From Lama guanicoe (lineage: Eukaryota), in the NCBI GenBank assembly GCA_013239625.1, contig MU053754.1, positions 310,001 through 368,074 on the forward strand: 58,074 bases of DNA, in the 5' to 3' direction. A model generated the notes under the pieces. It did not search any database. It was given only the letters and a program-made list of their open reading frames with translations, and was not told the DNA's origin. The translations under genes and the position numbers were made by a program. Of the stretch, positions 12,660-25,885 are shown piece after piece. Positions within the stretch are counted from its first letter, which is position 1. Each line of letters starts with the position of its first letter.

Positions 12660-12810
12660 GTGTACCTGTCAAACTTTCAGGTTTGTATGAATCATCTGAA
12701 GAAGTCTTTAAAATGCAGATTCTAAATCAGTAGTTCTGGCGCCTGGCCTGAGATGGGGTGTTTCACACGAGACCCCAGGTGATGTTGCTTCAGTCCCTTG
12801 GAGTAGCAGG
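12660..12810. mobile_element. MER5A-like MITE
   Basis: gaatcatctgaagaagtctttaaaatgcagattctaaatcagtagttctgg...ccccaggtgatgttg. Confidence 0.75.
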
Positions 12811-12814
12811 CTTA

Positions 12815-13075
12815 GGTCTTTTTCTGCAAAGCACCATACAGTAAACATTTCAGGCTTTATGACCCAGAAGCAGCCAGAGACAATGCAGAAGCAAACATGG
12901 CTGTATTTCAGTCAGGTTTTCACAGAATTTTCACGTGTCACAAAATATTCTTTTTAATTTCTCCCAAACGTTTGAAAATGCAAAGAAAAAAGAATTTAAA
13001 TCCTCAGTTCATGCAGTGTATAAAAGCAAACACTGGGCCAGGTTTGGCCTGGGGCCATCATCCGCGGATGTCTGT
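12815..13075. mobile_element. MER58B-like MITE
   Basis: ttttctgcaaagcaccatacagtaaacatttcaggcttt...aattttcacgtgtcacaaaatattc...gggccaggtttggcctggggcc. Confidence 0.75.
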
Positions 13076-14329
13076 TTTACGGCAGCGTTGGGTCTTAGAT
13101 TGAGTTGTCAGCAAGACACGGAACAAGCCTAAATAAGGAAGATGGCTTTCTGAGCCATCTGCAGCTGGGACTTGTTCAGAGGAGTTCTCTGAAGGAGCAA
13201 AGGCAGGGAAACATTTCATGGACATTTAAAAAAGTAAATTATCCTGGTGATCTGTCCTGGGAGAGTAGATAGTGTGGCACATTGGAATTTCCACATATTT
13301 ATCTTAACTCCTAGGAATTATGTTTAGATTAGGTGTCAATGACCTGTTGAATTGTTGTGTATTTAATATTATGGTGCAGTCAGTGGGATGTATCAAACGC
13401 AGATAGCAAGGTTTAATAGAAATTAGTCATCGTCTAGTTATGGTGTGATGCGAGCTTTAGGACTTGACGGTGGTTCCTCCCCGCGCCGTATTTCCATGTG
13501 TCCGTGCTGCCGCTGCTATGACAAAATTAAACGTTGCATCCATCCTTATGTTAATGTTTTATCTCAGGCAGTGTACTTGGCTTGGGGACATCAGAAGGTC
13601 CCTGGTGTCCTGACAGTCTCCAACCCTGAAGATGTAGCCCTGTGAGCAGACCACGCCAGATTTCATTCCCTTGGCCTTGACTGTGAAACACCCTAGCTTT
13701 TCTCCCAAATGTAGCCGCGGAGAAGGGTGGCTTAATCCTGGAGGAGTAGAATCTATGGCAATTACAGTCTTGGAATCCAGCAGAGAGAATGCGACTTCAT
13801 CAGATCTCACAGCATAGACTGAAAGTTGTAGCTGCATTAAAAATACTGCTAAGAAAATGTGTCGAAATGTCACGTTGACCATGCCCATCTGTTGTAAGAC
13901 ATGTGCTAATTTCACATGCGGTGCTTAGAATCAACGAAATACAGCGTTTAAATCTCAGGTGCGTACTTAGGTGAGACCCGCGTATTTCCACATTCATATC
14001 AGATGATGGTAATGATAAAACTAAATTTGGCTAGAAATGATTTTTATTTTCATTTGCTTTCTTTCCTTCTCATAAATTATTTTCTGATGAGTAAACGGAA
14101 TCTCTCAGACACATGGCACGTCTTACCTGAGGTTACTCAGATTCCGCGTTAGTGAGGGAATTCTAGCTGCTAAAACTAATCCAAACACGTGTGATGACCG
14201 CACATGTGATGGAAGTTCTTTCCTCAGTCCTGTAAAGATCACCACTGGTATTTCCCAAACAGGAATCTGGGACCCATGGCCCTTGCTTCTTAGGGAAACA
14301 TGGTCGTCCATGTGGAGTTTCCAAGTTCT

Positions 14330-14500
14330 CCATGCCGTGGCTTCAAGCGAGGGGAAGTGGAAAGAGTGTGGGGAGGCTCACGTGGAAGGTTGTCATGGTG
14401 TCACGTGACAGTTCGTGGACACTCCTTCCCCTGGGGCCCAGTCATGTGACCACCCCCCCGCCCCGAAGGAGGAGTTGGGACATGGGTCTCACCTTCTACC
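14330..14500 (-). mobile_element. Old MaLR LTR fragment (MLT1J/K/L-like)
   Basis: cccagtcatgtgaccacccc...gaaggaggagttgggacatgggtct resembles an antisense MLT1 end. Confidence 0.45.
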
Positions 14501-15439
14501 AAGAGAAGGGTTACTTACTGCTGAAGCTACGCTCCTTGAGGGTTCTTTCCTCCCTAACTGCACCCTTTCTAATCTTTCGAATGTGTACACCGTCCAAGTT
14601 CTACCCCAAAGGGAAAGATTACCAAGATCTAGGATTCAGGTGATAATCATCTTTCCCTGTCTTTCCACCCCTCTTTATCCCTCTGTGCCTTCTTTTAATT
14701 TCAGGGCCAGGAGATGGGCAATTCTGAATTTCATTTCCTGCGAGTTTATGATAGCGCTCTGTAAATTATTCAGGGTAATATTTCTTCCCACGCTGGGAAA
14801 ATTATCATTGTTTTAATCTCCTAGCCCATTGTATCAGCTAGTGGAACTTGTAATATTTGAGCACCTTGGAATTTTAGTGTCTCAGTTCCGACTTCAGTTT
14901 AAATTTGCATGAAGCGAGGAGCTGCTTTTGGAGGCTCTGTACCCACGTTCGCATTCCATCCACACTTTAGGGTGAAAACCCACGACTGTGAGGGGAAAAA
15001 GCCAAGCTGGAAGTAGCCAGGGCTAGAAGAAAGCTAGCTCATTTTAACAAGTGACTTGCAGAATAGATGAGCCTGGCAATGATTCTAGAGTGATTTTGCC
15101 TTCCCCTTCCCTCTGCGGCACTCTCTGAATTCATTGTATGTTTCTGATCCTGGGATGTGACTAAAAGCCCGTCACTGCCAGCTGGTGGGTAATCGGCCAG
15201 GCAGAGAGGCAGGAGCTGCTCTCCGAGCTGTGGTTCGTTATTGAAACATCTCCATGAGGGGCCTTCCAACAGTTTGGGCTTCTGCTCATCTCGTCACTCT
15301 GTTGCTGTGATTTTTTTTTTAAATAGTGAATCAATTATCCAGATATTGTAAGGCTGTGCACTACAGAGATGGTGTCTCTTCAGGGACCGCACGGACAAGT
15401 GTGCAATGCAAAGATGCAGGGGAAAAAGTACCAATGTTG

Positions 15440-15612
15440 CTCTTATATACAGAAAACCTTAAAGCGTTCACCGAAAACTATGGGAACTGATAAATGAATT
15501 CTGCAGAGTTGCAGGATTCAAAATCAGCATGCAAAAATTAGTTGCTTTCTATACATTAATAATGCACACTCTGAAAAGGAAATTAAGAAAACAATCTCAT
15601 TTAAAATAGCCT
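15440..15612 (+). mobile_element. L1 ORF2 (RT region) fragment
   Basis: gaactgataaatgaattctgcagagttgcaggattcaaaatcagcatgcaaaaattagttgctttctatac reads like ELINEFSKVAGYKINxQKSVAFLY. Confidence 0.9.
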
Positions 15613-17840
15613 GGGGCTTGTCAGCCTCAGGTGGTGGAATCATGCACGTCTACCATGTGGGCAGAAAGTTCCGGGCAAACGGGAAGGGTGGGTCGGTCTG
15701 TGAGAGCTCACGCATTGACCTGTGCGTCCGGTGACTTGACTTCTGTCATACTAGTTGTACTTTGCAGCTCATTTGTTGGAGGCTATAGACTGAGGGTCTT
15801 CTGGCATGGCTTAAAAGTGCTGTGTGAACCAGCTCTCTTTTAGTTTTTCTTTGCACTAATATATGCCAATTAGACATGTAAACAAGATTGATATGTGGGA
15901 TTATGGGGAAAAGCATGTTGAATATGCAAAACAATGAAAAGTACCACTTGCTTTTGTTTTTAGTGTAGATAAACTACAAAACGAAAGAAATCTTTCAGAA
16001 AACAACCCGAAATTATTACCACGTGTAATCCTGTTCTAAGATAAATATATTCACTGCAGCATATTAATTTTTACTCCTTCAAACACTGTAGTAAAGTCGA
16101 ATTTTACACCCCTTCTCAAGTGTGACAGTCTGTTTTGAATGTTGTAAAAACGCTCTCAAGTTGTTTGGGAATTCCTCCCACTGAAGGCAGTCATAAGAGC
16201 TTAAGTGTTCCAATCCAAGCTTTTGCTGATGTAAATGGTTTTTCTGGTTCATTCAAGTCCGTTAGAATACATCCCCCTCCTCCCTTTTTTTCCTCGGTAA
16301 GATGACATCTGAAATTAGGGGAAGCTAAACATGATCTGATACTACGAGTATTTTGTTAAACAAGACTCCACGTCGGTCACTTGTCTTGATCTCAGTGTTT
16401 TTAACCATAACCAGTAGTTCTTCCTTGAAGATCTTCATTTAATCACTATTTATTGAGGCATTACATTGATTCCTTCTAATGAATCATCTTTTGCTATAGA
16501 AATTATCTAAGATGTAGATTTCCTTGTTAAATTACATTTTCTTAGTAAACATTCAGCATTTTTATTTTGTTAAAGACATTTAACTGACCGTCTCGGACTG
16601 ACTGCCTTGCATGTCTCCCTGCTATGGATGGAATTTGATGGGGAAAAGCAGCAGTCACCGTTCAGCCACTGAGAGTTCCTGCCTTGCAGTCAGTCAGAGG
16701 AGAGACAGTGCTGATCAGCTGCAACAGCTCCGTCACTGAGTTTCTCCGTGTCCGCCTCCTAGGTCGTAGCTGGGGAGCCATGCTCCGTCCACTTATGCAA
16801 ACCCCCCCCCAAAATGGGGGTGTATCATAAAATCATTTATTTTGCTCAGTTTCCCTTGTCATTAAAATAGGTATTTGGGAAACTGTTCTCAACATTCCTT
16901 CGGGTGAGAATTCAAATGTATTTCTCTGTCTCCATGTAGTAAAGAGTATACTTGTACAATGTTTTGTGCGTGTATTTCATGATATTAAAATAGTGAAGTT
17001 AAAACTAGCACACACACAAAAAAAGGAAATCCAGGGAAATCTAAACAAGAGGCTGTAAATACAGCTGAACGTCTCTGACATAGTCATACTGTTGTGTGGG
17101 AGTGCTACCCTCTCAAAGTGCACGTTCCAGCCGGCTCAAAGCAGACTATAGGTACTTGGCAGAGTCAGCAGGGCATCTCCCTGTGTGCCTGAGTAATAGT
17201 AACTTCAGCATCCGTAATGCTTTGCAGTTTGCATGGGTGTTTACCATGCTTATGGTAAGCTTGAATTTCCATTTCTCTCGAACCATTCTACCTTCAGATA
17301 CCTTGCGCAATGTCAGGTTCTGTGACAGTGTGTGACCTCTGTGGAGTTACAGACTATTTCCCATCGTTGAAACCTTACACAGACCCTGTGAGTTGGCATC
17401 TGAGATAAGGATCCCTTCAGGGAATCCTAGAGGAACCCTCTCTGATGAGCAATCTGTGTTCCACAGAAAAGAAGTAACTTTTCCAAGCCCAGCTTGCTTA
17501 AAAGTCCCACCCTGAGCGTTAAACTGGAACCTCTTCCCCCTAATTTGGTCATTTCTATGCAGGTAATCCCCACCAGTGAAACATGGTTTTAAAAGCATCC
17601 TTCCACGTAGAACTGAACTTTATCACCAAATCAGAACCTCCCTGTCAATACGTCAAGGGGGAAGATGGGTTTTTAAGGCAGAATATTCTCGGAAGTGATG
17701 ATGGAGAAGGGTGACTGTCTGGTATGAGGTGATCCATCAGGATGGGACTGTTCATTTCTAGTAGCTCATTAGGATTGGGGCTGGACCTGCTGTCAGTGTA
17801 GCATCTAGGCCTGAGGATAGTTCAACACAGCATTGAGAGG

Positions 17841-17957
17841 TTTTTTGTTCTTTCCTTGGTTTTTGGTTTTTGTTTTGTCTAAGGTGGGTGCTGGGGATTG
17901 CACCCAGGACCTTGTGCATGCTAAGCATGTGCTCTACCACTGAGCTATCCCCCCCTA
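17841..17957 (-). mobile_element. Camelid tRNA-derived SINE (Vic-1-like)
   Basis: Reverse strand gggggatagctcagtggtagagcacatgcttagcatgcacaaggtcctgggtgcaatccccagcacc with A-rich tail. Confidence 0.92.
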
Positions 17958-19199
17958 CCCCACAGCTTTGACCTAAAGTGAGGTAAGAGCGAATCAAAAA
18001 CATGTCTTTGGATACACCATGAAATGTGCATCTGCTGTTCGTGCTTGAGGGCTTGATGCTAGGTTCTCAGGAATGAAGTGTTCTAAACTGTGTGAGCAAG
18101 AGCAGTCCACAGACTGACCAACTTTCCGGCTTCTAAGGACATGGTGAAGCTCTGGTCCTGCCCGATTACCATAGCAGTGTAATATACCATGGTCACACGT
18201 CATGTGTAGGCGAACCCAGTGTCTGGGAGTCATGGTGGAAAGAGGAGCTGGACCTTTCTAGTAAAGGGCTGTGATCGTGAACCACCAGGCTGTAACCTTG
18301 CACGTCCTGCTAAGAGGAGAGGGCACCTCTTGCCAAGTGTGGAGCTTTTCAGCTGCTCCCACACACACGGACAGCAACCACCATCGGGGCAGCATGCCAT
18401 GTGAATCATTTCCCCTGAAACTTGTCTTGAGGCAAATGCACTGTTCTCATTTGCCAGCCAGAGACAATGCAGATAGAGCCTCAGAAGGCCAAGAATTACA
18501 AACTTGGCTTTCCTAGTAAGTGACTTCAAGGAGCACCCGAGTTAAATACGAGACTCAGGAAGGAACACTTGGGGATCTCTCCCTTCATTTAATCTTGAAC
18601 ACCAAGAGACCTCCTGTTGTGCAGAAATGCCAGTATTTATGGAAGAGGTCGAGTGGAGAGTAAAACATTGTGTTGTTCAGCTGTGCGGCACAGTGCGTAC
18701 AGGAGACAGAGTGAAGCAACATCCTGTTGGGGGAATAGAGTGTATCAAAATGACAGGGAGACTTTGGCCGCCAGGGATGTTAAGACGTTGGTGTTCAAAG
18801 GAGTCCTCTGGGGTTTGGGTCTGTGATTAAGGAAGATTGAAAAGCAGGAGGTCAACAAAAGCAAGGATGTGGGAGTCAGCGAGGTCAGGAGTGGAATGCC
18901 TGTCTCAGTCCTGGTTTGGGTGAGGAAATACTTGGGAGCAGGAGTGTCTGCTGCTGGGTTGTGTGAGTCAGTGCACCTTCCGAGTTCTCGGTGGTGCCGC
19001 GTTCGTGTCCAGAGTGCTTGCGCACTTCCCCCAGTGGGCTGCACTTCCACAGAGGGCCTGGGGGTTTTGATTCCCCCGTGTTCTCGAGTCTGGTGTCCTC
19101 ACTGGCAGTTTAAGGACAGTTGTGCATCACAGGGTGGTTGCTGGCAGATGGGAAGAGAAAAATGTGTACAACACTACTCTGTGGGCTGCATGATTTATA

Positions 19200-19430
19200 G
19201 CTGCCCTTCAGTAGTGCTGCTTGCCTTTCTTATTCTTCCCTGTGCTTTTTCATAGCACACGTTACCTCTTTGCTAACACACTAATTTTGATCTATTGAGA
19301 TTCCAGTATTTACAAATGAAATTACAGGCTTCTGGATACCAAAGGCTCTTTTATTATCTGTTATATGCCTAGAACTTAGTACATGGCATTTAATGGCTAT
19401 CCTTTGAAATACCCTTTGAAATAAAATAAA
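19200..19430 (+). mobile_element. L2 3' end fragment
   Basis: ttttcatagcacacgttacc...tctgttatatgcctagaacttagtacatggc resembles an L2 tail. Confidence 0.45.
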
Positions 19431-19664
19431 AGATTAATGGTCTGAATTTATATGAGTACATTTCAATATCTTAGGATATTAAGGCCCATAAAGTTTCTCT
19501 GATAATAAATGCTTCTTCATAAGAGAAAAAATTACATTAATTTAAAAACACATTATGAACTATTATATATATGACATATGTATGGAATGTATGTGTATTA
19601 TATTATACCCTGACTAAACTGTAATTTATTTTTGCATACTCTTGTTAAAGTGGTCATTTGGATG

Positions 19665-20036
19665 GCCCTATTGACTGAATGTCCGTCCAGATTCTTATGT
19701 TGAAGCCCTGATCCCCAGTGTGGTGGTATTTGGAAATGTGGCATTTGGAAGAATATTAGGGTTAGATGACAGCTTGAGGGTGGAACCCACAAGGTGGGAA
19801 TAATGCCCTTATACAAGAAGAAGGAAGAGACAGGAGAGCTCTTTCTCCCCATCATGTGAGGTGTTCCGCAGGATGATGGCCATCCTCCAGCCAGGAAGAG
19901 GGCCCCGCCCCAAAACACAACCAAGATGACACCCTGATCCTGGACTTCCAGTCTGCAGGCTGTGAGAAATCGGTGTTTGTGGTTGAAGCCGCTCAGTCTG
20001 TGGTGTTCAGTACTGCAGTTCCAGCTGACCGAGACA
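19665..20036 (+). mobile_element. MaLR LTR, MLT1A-like
   Basis: actgaatgt...atgttgaagccctgatccccagtgtggtggtatttgga...ctggacttccagtctgcaggctgtgagaaat...ttgaagccgctcagtctgtggt...gagaca. Confidence 0.9.
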
Positions 20037-20049
20037 CGTAGCTTTCATC

Positions 20050-20470
20050 TTTTTCCTTTTTCTTTATGTTGTGCCACGATGAATATTGATGCCATGAAAT
20101 TCATGGGCGTGCACGTGTCTTCCATATACGCGTTTCAGATTTCCTCTAGGCCTTCCAAGTGGTTACTTAGGACTGGGATTATTGGATCATGGAGCACAGG
20201 CAACTTCAAAGTTCTGGATTACGCCAAGTTAATTTCCAAAGTACCTGCACCAGTGTGCTCGCCCAGCAGAGGTGTTTGAGAGTTTTACTTCCCCCACTTC
20301 CTAGACAGCACTGGGTATGGGTACATCCTAGTATTTCCTAGTCAGGCAGGTGTAAAAGGGTGCACATGCAACGTTGTGGTTTTACTTTACATTTCCCCAA
20401 TGACCCATAAAGTTGAGCATCTCTCTATAGGTTTACTGGTCATTCCTTCATTATCGTTTGTGGCAAGTGT
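20050..20470 (-). mobile_element. Old L1 ORF2 3' fragment
   Basis: gggattattggatcatggag...gtggttttactttacatttccccaatgacccataaagttgagcatct. Confidence 0.75.
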
Positions 20471-21052
20471 GTTCAGTTTTACTTGTGTTCCTGAAGCCCA
20501 GTCCCTTCTACCTTTGCTTGAGGTGTTCAGCCACCAGTTAAGTGTGTGTAGGCATCTGCTCCTGGTTTGCCAATACGTTGCACTGGACACTTTGTCCGCC
20601 AATATCACACCACCTTAATTCCTCTGTTTGAGTTGATATCTGCTAGTCCATAAGTACCCTTGTCCAGGAGTATCTGATGATTCTCGACCACTTATACTTT
20701 CATATCAATTATAAAGCTTCCATTAAGTTCTTTGAAAACTCCCTCCTTTCTTCTTCAATCCCTCTTGCGCTCCAGATCTTCCTTCGGGGGTCGCTTTCCT
20801 TCTCCTCTAAGTATTTCCTTCGTTAGCAATTTCTGTAGTGTGCCTCCCTTTATAGTAAATTGTCCCAGTTTTTGTAATCTAAAAAAGGTATTTTTCTCTT
20901 CTGTCCTTGAAAGAGTGTTCTGTTGGGAGTACAATTATTGGTTATAGTTGTTTTCTCGGGGCAGACTGACCAATGGTTTCCCTGGGGCCGCCTGTGATGC
21001 TATCGAGAAGTCAGCTCTCAAAAGACGTGTAATATCTTGGTGGTAATCTATC

Positions 21053-21077
21053 TGTGCGTGTGCGTGTGTGTGTGTGC
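21053..21077. repeat. (TG)n/(CG) microsatellite
   Basis: tgtgcgtgtgcgtgtgtgtgtgtgc. Confidence 0.9.
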
Positions 21078-21409
21078 TATCATCTCTTCCTTGACATCAA
21101 TGTTCTTACTGTGCAGCGTTTTTACTACTGTCTCTAAGTGTGGATTTCTCTGAATTTTTTCTTCTGGAGAAATACAACAATTTTTTTGTTGTATTCACTG
21201 CATCTGATAGAGTGTCAATTTCTTGCATTACAGAAAACATCTCTTCCAAAGTTGGCTGCCCACCTTCTCACTCTCCTGCTGCTTGTAACCTTGCTGTGTC
21301 TTCCTGCATTTCTTTCCATAATATCTTCGGTTTTTCCAGTTCACTAAGTTTCTCTTTACCACTCTCTCCTCTGTGCTTACACTCAGCCATTCAGAGATCC
21401 TATGTTTTA

Positions 21410-21600
21410 TTAGTCAAGAGGTCAGATAATGGTAACAGATTGCTGGGTTTAATATCCAATTTCTGAGACTTATTAGCTGTGTGACTTTAGGCCAGTTAAT
21501 ACCAATCTTATGAGACTGTTAAGACCATTGAGTGAGTTAAAATGTGAAATCATGTAACTAACTGTGCCTCCCAGGCACCAAACAATAAATTATTTTGGCT
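21410..21600 (+). mobile_element. MIR SINE
   Basis: ctgggtttaatatccaatttctgagacttattagctgtgtgactttaggccagttaat. Confidence 0.75.
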
Positions 21601-22804
21601 GTCATTTTCATGTGCGTATATATATATATATAAAAAAATTTTAGATGTTCTCTTAACTCCTTTAAGCTTTCTTTTGCATTCTGATAATATTTTCTCCTTC
21701 TCCATGATTTTAATCCTTTTTTTAAATTATATCAACGTATTTATTTGATATTTTGTATTCTGTAAATCTAATATCTAAAGCATCTGATTTGTCACTTGCT
21801 CTTTCTGCTCATGTTTTCTCATTCTCCGGATCTTGTCGTGTGTCCTGTGGCTTCCGACTGTGACCTCATGTTTTTAGAAAGAACTTCAGAGAGGATAAAT
21901 CGTTGCAGCCTGAGTTTTCAGTCAGCTCCTTTACAGAAGATTTATGTTTTCATTTGTCAGGGTCCTGGAGGTGTTGCCAACCTGAAGCCACATTAAGTCA
22001 GATCTCTTGAAGTTTTTTTAACTACGTAATTGGTGTGAATTTATGTCAGAAACCTGTATGAACTTTTAGGAGTCCCCTCCCCCAGAACACAGAAGCCAGT
22101 CTCAAAAAAGAAACATTTTGTTGTCCCCTGTCTCAGATATTTTTGTTATTGTTGTGACTTGCAGCTCACCTTTTCACTGAGATGGTCACATTTTGAGCGT
22201 TTTGGCTTGATCCTCATCCTCTGAGACTTTTTCCCCATCACCTTTGCAGTTACTGAAATTGAAGCTCTTGCTTGCTGGGATGGGCAGATAAGCCAAGGGC
22301 TGGTGTGGGCCGTGAACTAGTTTGTTTACTTCTCTTAATTCGTTTTTCTGTTTCATTATATCTCATTTCTCAGGATTCATCTTACTGTTTTTTTTTGAGT
22401 TCAGGTATGTGTTTGGAGGGATGTTTTAATGTATTTTGTCTGTCATTTCTGGATGCTTTATAATAAGGGGGAGTTTCAAAATATCTAGTCCATGACATTG
22501 CTAGAAGTAAATTATCTTATAACTGAGTAGAAATCCATTTAAATGTGTGTTGAGCTCTTACTGGGTTTTCCATCTCTTTCCTCCAGCAATTCTCCTTTCT
22601 TCGGCATTTGTTCTAGATAATTTTTCCCGTTTTCCTCATGTACCCTTAGACAAATGGCTACTTTTCTTTGTAGGCTCACTGGGATTCAGGTGTGGTTCTT
22701 GAAGTACCTGCAGTGGTGGAAAAATGAGGGTCATTTTAGGCAATATTCGTGGCCTCGACAATTTCTCCACAAGTGAAATTCTGCAGTCTGTGGGGTGGAT
22801 GACA

Positions 22805-22970
22805 GCACAATTTTCATCCTTTAATGTCCATGCAAGTCACCAAAGGATCTTGTTAAAATGCAGATTCTGATTCATTTAGTCTGGCGGAGACTCTGAGATT
22901 CTGTATTTCTAACAGGCTCTCCGTGATGTGATGCTGGTGGACCAGGAACCACATGTTGCACAGCAAGGGG
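22805..22970. mobile_element. MER5A MITE
   Basis: gatcttgttaaaatgcagattctgattcatttagtctgg...tgagattctgtatttctaacaggctc. Confidence 0.85.
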
Positions 22971-23304
22971 CCAGGAGGTAAGGATGCAGTCTGCAGGGAG
23001 GAGGACTCTCAGGGAGAGGCAGCATTCCCAGCCAACAGGATGGGGGTTAGAAGTCACCTCCACCTGTCAGCAGGATAAGCAGTATAACACCCTGAAATGG
23101 ATAAAGATTTGAAGTCAGCCGAGTCTGGACTGAGTAGATGTTAATCTACTTCCCGATCGGTGTGCTTCCTTTACACCCTGTCAAAGGAATAAAGTCTGCT
23201 TCCTTATCCTCTTCAAGTTATGTCTTGCCCTGTGACTTGTTTTGGTCAATATAATGTTGGCCAGATGTCTCTTTCTTCATCTAGAATCATCTTCTTGCCA
23301 GGGT

Positions 23305-23462
23305 ACCACTTACTGCTTAGATTGTGGTCACCAGAACCCAACATCACCAGGGAGTGATGGAATTTCAGGTCTCAGGCCCCACCCCGAAAACTTTTGTATC
23401 TGAAACTTCACTTGAATAAGCTCCCAGATGATGGATGTGCATGCTCAATTTGGAGAAGTTCT
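23305..23462. mobile_element. MER5-family MITE
   Basis: catcaccagggag...tctcaggccccaccccg...aataagctcccagatgat...caatttggagaag. Confidence 0.7.
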
Positions 23463-23949
23463 TCTCTAGGCTCCTCTTACTATAGGAAGATGGAATGCAT
23501 CGGTGCAGAGGTAACATAATCTGTAAGCAAGCATTCCGGTCGGGAGAGCTGCGCCTGGAGAATTCCCTCAACTGTCCATAAGGAAGAAATAGATTTTCAC
23601 TGGTTTGAACTGCTGAGTCTTGGGGATTGCTTATTATTGCAACGTTGTCCGGCCCTTCCTGACTCAAACACTGATTAAAACAGCTAAACGTATGGAATCC
23701 GAAGCTTCGTTCCAAATGTTTGGCGATGTTGACCAGACTAGTTTACTAAGCTTAGTTCTTGTTTTGTCAAAAGAGACAACTATCTTACAGGGCTGTTATA
23801 CTGATGAGTACATTGGCTCAGGGTGCACAGACATGTCGTACACAGATACATAATAAGATTAAAAAGATGGCAATTATTTTTGTTACTGTTGTTATTGTTG
23901 GATTGGTCTGAATTCAGTAGATTAGTGGTGAAGGCAGAAGTCTAGGTTG

Positions 23950-24158
23950 TAGGTCAGGAAACCACAACCCCTGGCTCAAACCCAGCCTCTTGCCTGTTTA
24001 TATATGTAATGTTCTAATGAAATGCAGCTTCACCCATTCATTTATCTGTCATCTGCAGCTGCTGTCGTACTGGAGCAGCCGGGTTCACTAGCTGCCACGG
24101 GGATCCTGTGGCCCACCGAGCCCCAAGTACTTGCTTTCTACCCTGGGTGACTTCTGTT
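23950..24158. mobile_element. MER58A-like MITE
   Basis: aaaccacaacccctggctcaaacccagcc...cacccattcatttatctgtcatctgcagctgc...tgtggcccac. Confidence 0.75.
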
Positions 24159-25039
24159 CCATGTCCTAGGCTAGTATGGGATGGCAAAGGGGATAACCGT
24201 GCTTTCCTTGGCATGTGGACATCTGAACTCCTTTATGTCTGCAGGGACTGGAATATGTGACGTTTGTCTAAAAGGATGATTGGATGCAAAACTGAGAGGC
24301 CAGGACACCAGTGTTTTAAAGGACTCAGTTTCCATGATGGGTCTGATGGGATATGAGATTTATGTAGTGGGATCTGTACACAGTGTCCTCATGGATGTGA
24401 AATATGATACGTGGATTTATTACAGCATGAAACAAAAATATCCCCCTGTAGTTAGATGGTCCTTCCTGTGGAGCCAAAAAATCAAGAAAGGACAACCAAC
24501 CGTAATCCTCCAGACGGCAGATTTCTTTGTAATAGTTATTTAAAAAGCTGCTCTTCTATCTCTTTCGTACTGTAGAAGACACGGGCTCTTTAATAGAGCC
24601 GCTCGCAGGCTGTAACAGCAAAAGGAACAGCCAAGATTTCTGGAAAGAGCTGTAACTAAAATATGGCAGCATTTCAACACTGTGGAAGCAAAGAGCAGTA
24701 ATCGAAAACTAGGAAACGAAGGGCGGGGGACGTGCCTTGGAGTAGCTGTCACCCGCGCTGCGGGTCTGCCTGCTGATTCAGCGGAGTTGTCCCTGCTCTC
24801 GTAGCCCGTGGCCAAACGAGTAATGATATGTAATGCCCAAGCTAATGGAGAATAAAATACAGAGGCAAGAGGGAGATGGCAGAGGCGGTAAGTCCCTCCC
24901 AGCTTTGTAGACTGGATCCTTGTCCGCCATGGGAATCACGGTGATTAGCCAGTTGGTGGAACGCAAATCAACTGAAAGAGACACAGTTTTCTTTTCTTTC
25001 CTTTTTTGCCACCAACTATCCATTTATCTTTCTTAGTGA

Positions 25040-25426
25040 AACATCATTGTAATTTCCCTTAGGAGAATCCTGGCTCCCCTAGACTGTGTGTAGTTCTGGT
25101 GAAGCTGGCAACATGAATGGCCTTTCCGCCTGTTGTCCCGGAGTGAGCAGTGACCGAGGCTGGACCTGCGGGATGCTCCCCTGGGACGCAGAATCCTGTG
25201 ATGAGAGTTTATCCCAGCAGTGGTGTGGGCGAAGGAGGGAACTTATCATCTCCTGCTACTTGGATTCCCTGCAGCTGACCTATGCTTTCCATTTTTGCCC
25301 TTAAGTTTTGGTGATTCCTTGAATTGCATGGACTATGCCTGTTTCTTTTCAATCATTTTCCTTTTTCTCTCGAGTTAGTTGTGAATTGTTCTGTTGTGTT
25401 CAACCAGTGACCCTTAGCTGACACAC
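25040..25426 (+). mobile_element. Old MaLR LTR (MLT1K/L-like)
   Basis: Ends ttctgttgtgttcaaccagtgacccttagctgacaca, an MLT1-type terminus. Confidence 0.5.
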
Positions 25427-25508
25427 CTAGGTATCAAAATGTTCACTTTGACTCATGATTCAACAGTTCTGTGGTGCCCAAGACCAAAAATTATGGATGC
25501 GTAGCGCC

Positions 25509-25885
25509 CGTTAAGGGCTGAATTGTTTCTGCCCAAATTCATATGTTGAAGTCTTAGCTCCAGTGCTTCTAAATGTGGCTGTGTCTGGAGCCAGGGCCCT
25601 TGGAGAGGAAACTGAGTTTAAAATGAGGTCGTTAAGGCCTTATCCAGTAGAACTGGTGTCCTTATAAGAAGAGATTAGGACACAGACACACACAGGGATG
25701 ACCATGTGAGGATATAGGGAGAAGACCGCCATCTACACACCAAGGAGAGCAGCCTCAGCAGACACCAGCCCAGCTAACACGTGATCTCTGACTTTTAGCC
25801 TGTGGACCCACAAGTAAATTAGTATCTACTAAGCTAGCCATGCAGCAGTGGGGCGCTGTTATGGCAGTCCTAGAAAGCCAACACA
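25509..25885 (+). mobile_element. MaLR LTR, MLT1B-like
   Basis: gttaagggctgaattgt...cccaaattcatatgttgaagtc...ctggtgtccttataagaagaga...tgttatggcagtcctagaaagccaacaca. Confidence 0.9.

Larger units (their letters stand above)
20720..22490 (-). mobile_element. Ancient L1/HAL1 5'-ORF1 region, fragmented and interrupted by MIR and microsatellites
   Basis: ccttgaaagagtgttctgttgggagtacaattattggttatagttgttttc and a long T-rich antisense L1-like stretch; boundaries approximate. Confidence 0.55.
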
